Below are positions 53,720-64,000 of a stretch of DNA of 64,000 bases, one piece after another; within the stretch, counting starts at the first letter, position 1; every line of letters begins with the position of its first letter. Both the position numbers and the translations under genes were made by a program. Below the pieces are notes generated by a model. That model saw only the letters and a program-made list of their open reading frames with translations. It was not told the DNA's origin and searched no databases. The stretch comes from Octopus sinensis (lineage: Eukaryota). The DNA is taken from positions 28,334,001-28,398,000 of the forward strand of contig NC_043009.1 of NCBI RefSeq assembly GCF_006345805.1, written 5' to 3'.

Positions 53720-54834
53720 ATTAATCAATATAGGGTGGCAAGGAAAATTTTGTAGAATTTTATTGCCACCAGCGGCCCAGTGGAAAAAATAAATAGTCAT
53801 AGACCATTTTTAAGTTCAACATTAACAATTAAGGAACGGCCATAATAGGCCATTCACCCAAGAAATAACAGCCAAAGCTTCTACCGCAAATAAAGATTAA
53901 TTCCGTAAACAGGAGAAAATTTAAAAAAACATTTACCCTGTAATTTCTTGTACGGTATACCGTTTCATCCGCTGTTTAATGGTAAACCAACCTGATTAAA
54001 TTAAATCAAGCCAATTTTCCATAAGCCTCGGATTCTTCAGCAAGAAAATTTGAAAATTTTAGGTCAGATATTGCCTTGGCAAGATTGGGTATGCCTCGTG
54101 TAAATATCTGTTCCGACTTGAGCTATTTCTTGCTGAAGAATCCGAGGGCTTATGGAAAATTGGCTTGATTTATTTAATCAGGTTGTTTACCATTAAACAG
54201 CGGATGAAACGGTATACCGTACAAGAAATTACAGGGTAAATGTTTTTTTAAATTTCTCGTTTACGGAATTAATCTTTATTTGCGGTAGAAGCTTTGGCTG
54301 TTATTTCTAGTGGGTGAATGGCCTATTATGGCCGTTCCTTAATTGTTAATGTTGAACTTAAAAATGGTCTATGACTATTTAATTTTTTCCCACGGGGCCG
54401 CTGGTGGCAATAAAATTCTACAAAATTTTCCTGCCACCCTATATTGATTAATTATGAATTTTTTGGTTAATTCCGTAATGGAATCGACGGCTGATATTTA
54501 TTTGCTGCCGATAAATTTGGCGCGAGTGCGACGATTTGAAATTTTAGGTCAGATATTGCCTTGGCAAGATTGGGTTGCCTCGTGTAAATATCTGTTCCGA
54601 CTTGAGCTATTTCTTGCTGAAGAATCCGAGGGCTTATGGAAAATTGGCTTGATTTATTAATCAGGTTGGTTTACCATTAAACAGCGGATGAAACGGTTTA
54701 CCGTACAAGAAATTACAGGGTAAAGTTTTTTAAATTTTCTCTGTTTACGGAATTAATCTTTATATTGCGGTAGAAGCTTTGGCTTTATTTCTAGTGGGTG
54801 AATGGCCTATTATGGCCGTTCCTTAATTGTTAAT
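53717..54834. repeat. Fold-back structure: 330-bp inverted repeat plus a 300-bp direct duplication
   Basis: 53717-54047 is the reverse complement of 54126-54455 (78-bp spacer); 54048-54350 is directly repeated at 54534-54834. Confidence 0.93.
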
Positions 54835-54919
54835 ATATATATATATATATGTTATGTGTGTGTATACATATTTACAGACAGAGAAAGAGAGGGGATTTGC
54901 ACATGTGGGTGTGTTGCTA

Positions 54920-55330
54920 TAGGTGCAGGTATGGCAGTATAGTAAGAAGCTTACTTCCCAAACCACAAGGTTCCAGGTTCAGTCCTACTCGGTGCCACGT
55001 TAAGCAAGTGTCTCCTGTCATTGCTGTGGGGCCAACCAAAGCCTTGTGAGTGGATTTGCTTCACAGAAGCTGAAAGAAGCCCATCATTTACATATATATA
55101 CATCTATGTGTGTACGTCTTTGTGTCTTTGTATCTTTGTTTGTTCCTCATCACCACTTAACTGGTGTTGGTGTGTTTATGTCCCATCAACTTAGTGGTTT
55201 GATAAAAGAGACTGATAAAACAAATAGCAGACTTCAAAGAAAAAAGTACTGAGGTTAATTCATTCTTCTAAAACTCTTCAAGGTAATGCCCCAGCATGGC
55301 CACAATCTAATGTCTGAAACAAATAAATGA
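54920..55330 (+). mobile_element. SINE family A (diverged)
   Basis: TGGCAGTATAGTAAGAAG...GGTTCCAGGTTCAGTCC head and family A body. Confidence 0.8.
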
Positions 55331-55473
55331 TAAAAAATATATAGATGTGTGTGTATGCATGTGTATATAACATATATATAAAATTAATTAAGGGTAGAAA
55401 TTGATATTTATCAATTAAAACCAGTGGTCTAGCATATTAAAAAAGAATCTGAAGATTAAAATATTTATATATA

Positions 55474-55610
55474 CCAATTAAGGACTGAATACGAAAGTGG
55501 ACAGTCAACATGCTAGATATAGACGTCCAATCGTCATTGTGGAGAATGACGATTTGACGTCTATATCTAGCATGTTGACTGTCCACTTTTCGTGTTCAGT
55601 CCTTAATTGG
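55474..55610. repeat. 137-bp palindrome (about 65-bp arms, 6-nt loop)
   Basis: CCAATTAAGGACTGAA...AATCGTCATT-GTGGAG-AATGACGATT...TTCAGTCCTTAATTGG. Confidence 0.93.
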
Positions 55611-55644
<34 letters not shown>

Positions 55645-55757
55645 ATCTATATATATATAATATAATATATATATATATATATATATATAGGGAGAATTCA
55701 CAATAAAAACAAAAGACGAAGACAGGTGGTGTAGACACAATAGTATAACTCTCGTTA

Positions 55758-56060
55758 TATATTCTTTTACTTGTTTCAGGCATTTGACTGTGGCCTTGCT
55801 GGAGCACTGTGTTTCATCGAACAAATCGACCCCAAGACTTATTCTTTGTAAGCGTAGTACTTAATCTATGGGTCTCTTATTGACGAACCACTAAGTTACG
55901 GGGGACGGGGACACACCAACATCGATTTTCAAGTATTGGTGGTAGGGCTATATATATATACATACACACACACACATATATATATATATACACGTGCGCG
56001 CACACACACACACACACATGGGCTTCTTTCAGTTTCCGTCTTCCAGATCCACTCACAAGG
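55758..56060 (-). mobile_element. SINE family A, 5'-truncated
   Basis: Family A tail and body in reverse orientation. Confidence 0.8.
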
Positions 56061-56119
56061 CAAACAAAATGCATTCTTGGATTCCCATCATTTGTAGAAT
56101 ATTCCATATTTGGTATAGT

Positions 56120-57740
56120 ATGTTGTTCTTATTGTTGGTGTTGGTAACATTAGAGGAAATGATGGTGTTAATGGTGGTGGAGGTAGTGGTGGTGGTGTTG
56201 TGGTAGTGGTAATAGTGGTTGTAGTTGCAGTGGTAGTATCAGAAGATATATTGCTGGTGATAGTGGTGGTGGTGGTGGTATTAGCAGTGTTGGTGGTAGT
56301 CATGGTAGAGTTGTCTTGGCAGTGGCGTTAAATGAGTTATTGCAAATGAAAGTGGTAGTGGTGGGGACGTTATAACGATGATGGTGTTTGAAGTGTTGGT
56401 GATTGTGGTGGTGTGTGGGTAGGGATGCTCGTAGTGGTGTAGGTGGTAGTTTACAAGGGTGTTGGTGTTGAGAATTGTAGAGGTGACGGTAGTATTAGTA
56501 GTAGCGGTAGTAGTGTTAGTGGTGGTGGTAGTATAAGCAATATTAGAGGTAATGGTGGTGTTTGCAGTGTTGGTGATTGTAGTAGTAGTGGTAGTGTTAG
56601 AGGTTTGATGGTGAGAGTAGTATGGGAGGTAGTGTTAGTGGTGGCTGACAGTTGTGCAGGTGTTGGTAGTGGTAAAGGTGATAGTAGTATAGAGTGGTAA
56701 TGTTTGTAACAGAAGGGTGTTGGTGGTAGTGCTTGTAGTGGTGGTGGTGGTTGTTGTTGTGGGGGTGCTAGTATCAATGATGGTTTTCATGATAGTGATA
56801 GTGGTGTGGGTGATGGGGGTAATAGAGGTGACGGAGTGGGGTGCATTAGTGGCGTAGGTGGCGTTAGGGGTGGGAGTGGTGTTAGTGGTAGTAATGGTGC
56901 TAACGTTGGGGTGATAGTGTTAGCATCGCAGTTAGCAACAGTGGTTGTGGTCATGCTGTTTGTGTACTTAATGTAATTATTTGTTGTTGTTGGTGCTGTT
57001 GCTGTTGTTGTTGTTGTTCCTGCTGTTCTTGTTGTTGTTGTTTGATCTGGCTGTGGAATTGCGGACATGAAACTAACAGAGATAACAATCTCTGTTGGAG
57101 GAGATTCAATGAACTGGAAATATTATGGTTGATGATGTTATCAGCAGTAGGGGGGGGGTAATGCTGTGTGTGTGTGATGGGTGACAGGGTGGTAGAGGAG
57201 AAGGAGGAGGACGAGAGCAAGTAAGAGAGAGAGAGGTGAGGAAGAGAGATATCTAAGGTATCGATGTGTACTGACAAAGAATGGCATATGGAGTTGGGGT
57301 GGACAGGAGTGGGGGAAGGATGTGGTGGTAGGGGTGTAATGGGAGGGAGGTGGTCGGTGGGGCTGGCAGATGATAATCACTGAGGTATTTTAATGGTGAG
57401 GATGCTGTGTCAAAAATGATGACGGTGACAATGATGACAATGACGACGATGACATCGGGGATGACGACGACGACGATGATAATTGTTATGACAAGGATGA
57501 AAATGCTGATGGCAATGATTGTAAAGATGATGATGATGATGAGGAGGAGGAGGAGGAGGAGGTGGAGGAGGAGGAGGAGAAGGAGAAGGAGGAGGGAAAA
57601 TAACAAGGACAACAGCGACAACATCGATGGCGACAATGACAAAATTTAAGATGACAATGACAGTGATGATGAGAATGGTGATGAGAATGATGACGATGAT
57701 GATGATGATGACAATGTTAATGATGACAACAAAGATTATA
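56120..57740. repeat. 1.6-kb mosaic of GGT/GTA/GTT/GAG/GAT cryptic triplet repeats
   Basis: Direct reading; the track ORFs here are compositionally trivial. Confidence 0.85.
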
Positions 57741-57844
57741 GGTCCCCATAATTCTACAGGCAGAATAAAAGTTTATATTTTCTATATTCATCGATATGAT
57801 GGAAAAAAAAAGGAATGTGTAGCCCAGCTCTTAGGATGCTGAGC

Positions 57845-58030
57845 TGGCTTGTGACTATGAGATCGTGGGTTCAATTCCATTACAAGGCAGTACATTGTGA
57901 CCTTGTGTAAGGCTCTCTACTTTACTTTGCTCCAGTCTTCTCTGTTGGAAATCAGAACCAATCAACTTACTTTCAGTTCCCTTTACCTTCAATCTACCTT
58001 GATGGTCCCTAATCAGGGTCCACATGAACC
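57845..58030 (+). mobile_element. SINE family D (diverged)
   Basis: GGGTTCAATTCC head and GTGACCTTGTGTAAGG...TGCTCCAGTC. Confidence 0.6.
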
Positions 58031-58137
58031 TTGAGGGTCCATATAAGATTTTGTTGTTAAAGTTTATCTGCAATTAATTGTTTACACTTCTACAATGCAC
58101 AAAATATTTTAGCGATTTTTTTTATACAACAGCATAT

Positions 58138-58735
58138 AAGGCGCAGGAATGGCTGTGTGGTAAGTAGTTTGCTAATGAACCACATGGTTCTGGGTTCAGT
58201 CCCACTGCATGGCACCTTAGGCAGGAGTCTTCTACTATAGCCTCAGGCCGACCAAAGCCTTGTGAGTGGATTTGGTAGACGGAACCTGAAAGAAGCCCGT
58301 CGTATATATGTATATATATATATGTGTGTGTATATGTTTATGTGTCTGTGCTTGTCCCTCCACATCGCTTGACAACCGTCCCCATAACTTAGTGGTTTGG
58401 CAAAAGAGACCAATAGAATAGGTACTAAGCTTCCAAAGAATAAGTCCTGGGGTCGATTTGCTCGACTAACGGCAGTGCTCCAGCATGGCCGCAGTCGAAT
58501 GACTGAAACAAGTAAAAGAATGGTTTCAAGGTTTTGATAGGGACAGAAATTTCAGGTGAGTGGGCAAGTCGATTATATCAACCCCAGTGCTCAACTGGTA
58601 CTTATTTTATCGACCTCAAAAGGGCTGAAAGGCAAAGTCAACCTTGGTGGAATTTGAACTCAGAAGATAAAGACAGACAAGATACCACTAAACATTTTGC
58701 CTGGCATGCTAACGATTCTGCCAGCTCGTTGCCTT
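58138..58735. mobile_element. SINE A (plus, 58138-58520) abutting SINE B (minus, 58530-58735)
   Basis: Family consensus motifs. Confidence 0.85.
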
Positions 58736-59339
58736 CTAATAATACTTAATAATAAAATCATGATGGGATTCTTTAAAGCATCGAATGGCTATGAGAGTCC
58801 ATCTGAATAAAAGAGGAATCAAAGTAGCCCATAGGTAAAAAATGGTCAAGAGCCACTGACCCTCTCTCATTCTCAATGATGTGTTTAGTCAAGAGTGAGA
58901 ATGCCCAAATGGTGCCAATGAATGCACACAGCTTCACAGGCACCAAAAGGTAATAGTGAAAGCATGGTACACACTATCAGATCATATTTGCTTGTGAGTA
59001 ATGATTAAGCTTAGGTTTACATATAACTGAGTACTGCACTGCTCTCCTCTGCCCCATTGACTATTATCAACCTGCAGACTGCATTAAAATCAGTAGGGAG
59101 CACTTTAACAGCATAATGTCCCCAAATATCTTGATCCATAAATTATGAGGGCAGGTGATATGACTCAGTTCCACGCTTTTGGTAAGTTATGTGTTCCCAT
59201 TAATGAAATTCCCATTTCAAATTCTTTTTATGGTGGAATTTTGTTGTGATTCCGTTTGTGATATGAAACATTTTTTCTGTGAGGTTTGGCTGAAGATATT
59301 GGCTTTGGTATTTTTCTGTGAGGATGCAGTTAAGGTAGA

Positions 59340-59850
59340 GTTGTAATGGTGAAATGGAAATGATATTGAGTGAGAGAGAGGGCAAGAGAGAAAGAGAGAG
59401 GGTGAGTGAGATAGAGGTAAGAGAGAGAGAGGGGGGTGAGATAGAGGTGCAAGAGAGGAGAGAGTAGGGGATGAGAGACAGGGGGAGAGTGGGGGATGAG
59501 AGAGAGAGAGTGGGGATGTGACAGAGAGGGGATAAGAGAGAGAAGGGTATGTGTGAGAGAGTGGGGAATTAGAGAGAGGGGAGAGTGGGGGATGTGAGAA
59601 AGAGAGAGTGGGGATGTAATAGAGAGGGGGTGAGAGAGGGGTATGAGAGAGAACGTAGTGAGAAATAGAGGGGAATGAGAGAGAGAGACAAAGAAATGGA
59701 GGAAGAAGGAAAGAAAAAGAACAGAGAGAGAGAAAGAGAAAGAAAATGAGGAAGGCAAAAAGGCAAAAGGAGAGAGAGAGGGATGGAGAGGGAGAATGAG
59801 TGAGGTAGAGAGAGATAGAGACTGAGAGCAAGAGAGAGAGAGAGAGAGAG
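59340..59850. repeat. Polypurine (GA)-rich tract
   Basis: Direct reading. Confidence 0.9.
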
Positions 59851-60786
59851 AATCTTATTCGTTGCTATTTATACCTGGTGGTGTTGTTTGTGTCGAATCT
59901 TTAAGTCTTTCCTGAGATTAGCAAACACAAACTGCATCCTGAATTATAAATATTAAAACAAACTATTAATGCCTGAAATGCATGGGTTTCATGGTGTCAC
60001 ACAATCATCAGCAAAGAAAGGACGTTGGTTGTGGCAGTCATTGCAGGTATATGCTTCATTGAGCTATTCCATGTTACCATTTGACTGGTGAGGTAATTCC
60101 ATTATATTTCAAATTTACCATTCTGCAAAAGAACCAGTTCTTGAGGAAATTCATCAAGGTAAAATGCACAAATTGCCATGTTCACTATATTCCATTAATG
60201 TATATGTAGTTCGATGCATAAATATTGGGATCCTAATACAAATATTTCTTATTATGCATTACAATATATCTCCATGTGATAGATACATAAAGTGCTCAAT
60301 AATTAATGTAGAGCATATTATATCAAATGTATATTATCTTTTCTCTTTTATCTTTTACTTGTCTTGGTCATTACACTGCAGCCATGATGGGCCACCACTT
60401 TGAAGAATTTTTGGTTGAATGAATTGACCACAGAACTTATTTTTTTAAAGCCAGATGCTGATTCTACTGGATGCTTTTGCCAGTTTACCAAACTGGTAAG
60501 TTGCAGGGAGCATAAACATGCCAACACCAATTTCTCAAGCAGTGATGGGGAACAAATACAGATACAAAGACACAAAGACACACACACTTACACACACATT
60601 ATATATATATATATATATATATATAAGCCATTTGAAAGCAGTACCCTCTAATGGTCACAATTTATGGACAAATTCTAAAAAAAATTTATGTAAAAGTAAA
60701 CTTGTATGAAGACCCAAAGGTCCTGCTAAAGAATGAAAATTATCTATCTGTCTATCTGTCAGTCTGTCTGTCTGTTTGTCTGTCTG

Positions 60787-60861
<75 letters not shown>

Positions 60862-61014
60862 CTATCTATCTATCTCTATCTATCTATCTGTCTGTCTATG
60901 TGCCTGTTTATCTTTCTGTCAGTCTATCTATCTATCTTTCTATAGATAAATAGATAGATAGATAAATAGATACATATTTTTTATCTTTTACTTGCCTAAG
61001 TTATTGGACAGCAG

Positions 61015-61340
61015 CCATTCAGGCAGTACTGGCAACGGCCACGCTCAGGTCATGTTTTTTACGTGTCACCTGCCCAGGAACCAGTCCAGCGGCACTGGCA
61101 ACGACCTCGCTTGAATGTTTTTCACATGCCACCAGCACACGTGCCAGTGAGGCGGTGCTGGTAACGATCCAGTTTGAATGGTGCTTTTTACGTGCCACCG
61201 GCATGGAAGCCAGTCAGCTGCTCTGGCATCGGTCACGCTCAGATGGTGCTCTTAGGGCTCCACCGGCACAATTTGCAAATTTGACTTGATTTCTATTTCA
61301 CTTGCCTCAACAGGTCTTCGCAAGCAGAGTTTAGTGTCCA
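61015..61340 (-). mobile_element. Family C element, internal subrepeat region
   Basis: Repeated TGCTTTTTACGTGYCACC units and CTTGCCTCAACAGGTCTTCGCAAGCA. Confidence 0.7.
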
Positions 61341-62344
61341 CTGAAGGAAAGGTACGCATATATATATATATATATATATATACACAACAAACAAGATGAG
61401 GACAAATATCCATCAAATGTAAATAATGTAAATAATGTAAATAATAAAATTTTTAACTTCTACAAATTTTTATTACTCCTTAGCTCATAAACAAGCACAA
61501 AAAAGCAGTTGTACTATATACAGAGTATTGTTCTCCATTAAAAAATTAACTTATATATAGAGAGAGGGAAGCACTCCATCGGTTACGACGACGAGGGTTC
61601 CGGTTGAACCGAATCAACGGAACAGCCTGCTCGTGAAATTAACGTGTAAGTGGCTGATATATATATACACGCACACATATGACAAGCTTCCTCACAGTTT
61701 CTGTCAACTGAATTCATTCAGAAGGTATTTATTAGCCTGGGGCTATGATAAAAGACACTTACCTAAGTTACTGCAGTGTAGGACTGAACCCAAAACCACA
61801 TGGTTTCAAAGTGAGCTCCTTACCCACAGAGCCATCCCCGCACCTATATCCTACATATATGTGCAAAACATCTCTTAAATATTTCCAAATGATGATAACA
61901 CATCATCAATTAGTCAAAGTCTCTTTCACCTGTTTATCTGTTGCGATAAAATTACAAATAGTTTCATGGTATTTGGAATGATAGAATTTTCCTTTGCTCA
62001 CACACAAGCTGTCAAAAGCGATTGAAAGTGGCAACAGCCAGACTTGTTGTTTTGAGAAATGTTTCCACCAGCTGTTATTTGAAACTCTATTCCTTGATAG
62101 TGAAATTACATAGGATACCTTTACAATCTGGTCAGGTCATATATTGCTGTAGTTTTTATTTTCTTTGTCCTCTTCTAAATTCAACAATATTCAAAGCTGA
62201 CATTTGTTCGCATCTGTTCACATCTTTCTGAAGAACAATAACAAAAAAGACAAAAAACAAAGGGAAGCAAACAGAAAAAAAACGTCCACTAAACTTTATA
62301 GTGCATTCAGGATGAGGGAAGTGTGTGCATGCGCATTATGACAC

Positions 62345-62572
62345 ACGAGCTGGCAGAATTGTGAGCACGCTGGGCGAAATGCTTAGCAGTATTTCATCAA
62401 CTGTTAGGTTCTGAGTTCAAATTCCGCTGAGCTCAACTTTGTCTTTCATCCTTTCGGGGTTGATTAAATAAGTACCAGTTACACACTGGGGGCCGATGTA
62501 ATCAACTTAATCCCTTTGTCTGTCCTTGTTTGTCCCCTTTATGTTTAGCTCCCTGTGGGCAATAAAGAAATA
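62345..62572 (+). mobile_element. SINE family B, full length
   Basis: Head through the AATAAAGAAATA tail. Confidence 0.85.
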
Positions 62573-63007
62573 CTTATGACACACATGCATTCACATACAC
62601 GTACAGATATGCACTGGCACTAAGTCCTATGTAAGTGATTAAACGAACACCATTATCATCATCCTCATGACATGTTCAGTCTCACTGTGCCACAAGTCAC
62701 TTCTGTTATAGCCTTGGCCTGACCAAAGCCATGCCAATGGACAGGGTAGATGGAATTTGAAAAAAAAAAAGCCTCATGCATTTGTACCACGTAGAAAGCA
62801 CTCAGTCCACTTTGCTGGGGGTTGGTGTTAGGAAGGACATCCAGCTGTAAAAACCCTGCCAAAACAGACAGAAGTCTGGTGCAGGCTGGTTCCTGACAAA
62901 TAGTCAAACCTATGCCAGCATGGAAGACGGATGTTAAACTATGGTTGCACGGAACACAGGCGTTAAATGGTGATGATGAGGGTGATGATGATATTGATTA
63001 TACATAC

Positions 63008-63042
<35 letters not shown>

Positions 63043-63043
<1 letters not shown>

Positions 63044-63240
63044 GGGAGAGTTTATGAAAAAAAACAAAAGATGAAGACAGGTGGTGTACAAAACAAACAG
63101 ATGTATTAGTATAACACTCAGGAATAGAAAAAGTCTTTTACGTTTCGAGCCTACACTCTTCTACAGAAAGGGACACAAAAAAACAAGGAGAGAAACAAGG
63201 AGAGAAAAATATGTGTGTAGTGGCTAACGATCTATCATGG
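63043..63240 (-). mobile_element. Hammerhead-bearing repeat family H1
   Basis: Minus strand 63174->63133: GTCCCTTT-CTGTAGA-A-GAG(TGTAGG)CTC-GAAAC-GTA-AAAGAC; the H1 tail ends at (TA)n. Confidence 0.7.
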
Positions 63241-64000
63241 CATGTGTGTGTGTGTGTGTGTGTGTAAATGTGTGTTTGCTTGTGTGAGGGCATAGAAAGA
63301 GAAAGAATAATAGTTTGGTGGAAAGATGAAAGAAAGGAAAATAAGAGGACAAAGAATATATAAAAACCAACAACATAGACAAAGAGATGGTATGATGTAA
63401 AACAAAATAAAACATAGCCATCGATATGCAAATACACAAACTCATGTAGTGATACAACAACAGCAATAATATAACTACCCCCTCACCCCCATTTGTAGTG
63501 TATATTTCTTGATGAATAATGTTGCCCTTGAGACCAATGTGTGAATCTATACTACGGAGACACAGGACTTGAGGACAATATATTGTTGTATATATATTAG
63601 TGACTATATATTATATATATCAATATATATGTGTGTGAGAGATGGTTGTGAAAGCATCTGAGGTGAGTTTTTTATGAAAACAATGAACTGATCTTGCATT
63701 GACATTTATTGTGACATTTAAAATGATTAATTATATTAATCATGCCACAATAAATCACCTGCTGTGTCTTAAAAATATGATCTCTCTTTCTCTCTCTTCT
63801 GCCATCTCTGCTTCTCCCTCTTTCTCTCTTTCTTTCTCTGTCCCTGAATCTCTAAATAATGTATTCATTGCTTCGAGCCTGTAACTCTTCATTCATTGAC
63901 TCTATTGTAAATTATTTGTTTGTCACCAGGATAGTGAGTTAAATCATCTCATGGACATATTTCCGGTGAATTATATTAATCTGGCTTATAATTAGTTATA

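Noticed and set aside
56443-57842. Chain of Ser/Gly/Thr/Met-rich ORFs
   Set aside because: A low-complexity triplet mosaic with frequent stops in every frame.
59078-59181. AG...GTAAGT-bounded candidate exon
   Set aside because: Stops in all three frames; no supporting context.

Overview
AT-rich, repeat-saturated eukaryotic DNA. The interspersed repeat families, the (TA)n/(CA)n/(TCTA)n/triplet microsatellite density and a 100-N scaffold gap (5816-5915) suggest an Octopus (coleoid cephalopod) assembly; this is inference from pattern recognition, with no database search. I could not support any host protein-coding gene: nearly all ORFs in the track are translations of microsatellites or SINEs. 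Supported content: (i) two full-length but decayed mariner (DD34D-type) transposons with 37-bp TIRs and TA target duplications, an internally deleted mariner of a second family, and a Tc1/maT-like transposase remnant; (ii) dozens of copies of three tRNA-headed SINE families plus a non-LTR tail element ending in (GAT)n; (iii) two non-autonomous Helitron/Helentron-like elements; (iv) several fold-back or inverted-repeat structures and tandem duplications; (v) a 78-bp minisatellite with a 26-aa Cys/His-containing reading frame. The most interesting signal is about 10 type I hammerhead-ribozyme-like motifs (CUGANGA-stem II-GAAA-stem III-UH-stem I), at different stages of decay, inside short repeats that often abut (TA)n. 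These resemble Penelope-like-element (PLE) or retrozyme termini. One family, seen in three copies, consistently has U instead of the conserved A6 of the catalytic core. SINE and low-complexity boundaries are approximate (tens of bp).
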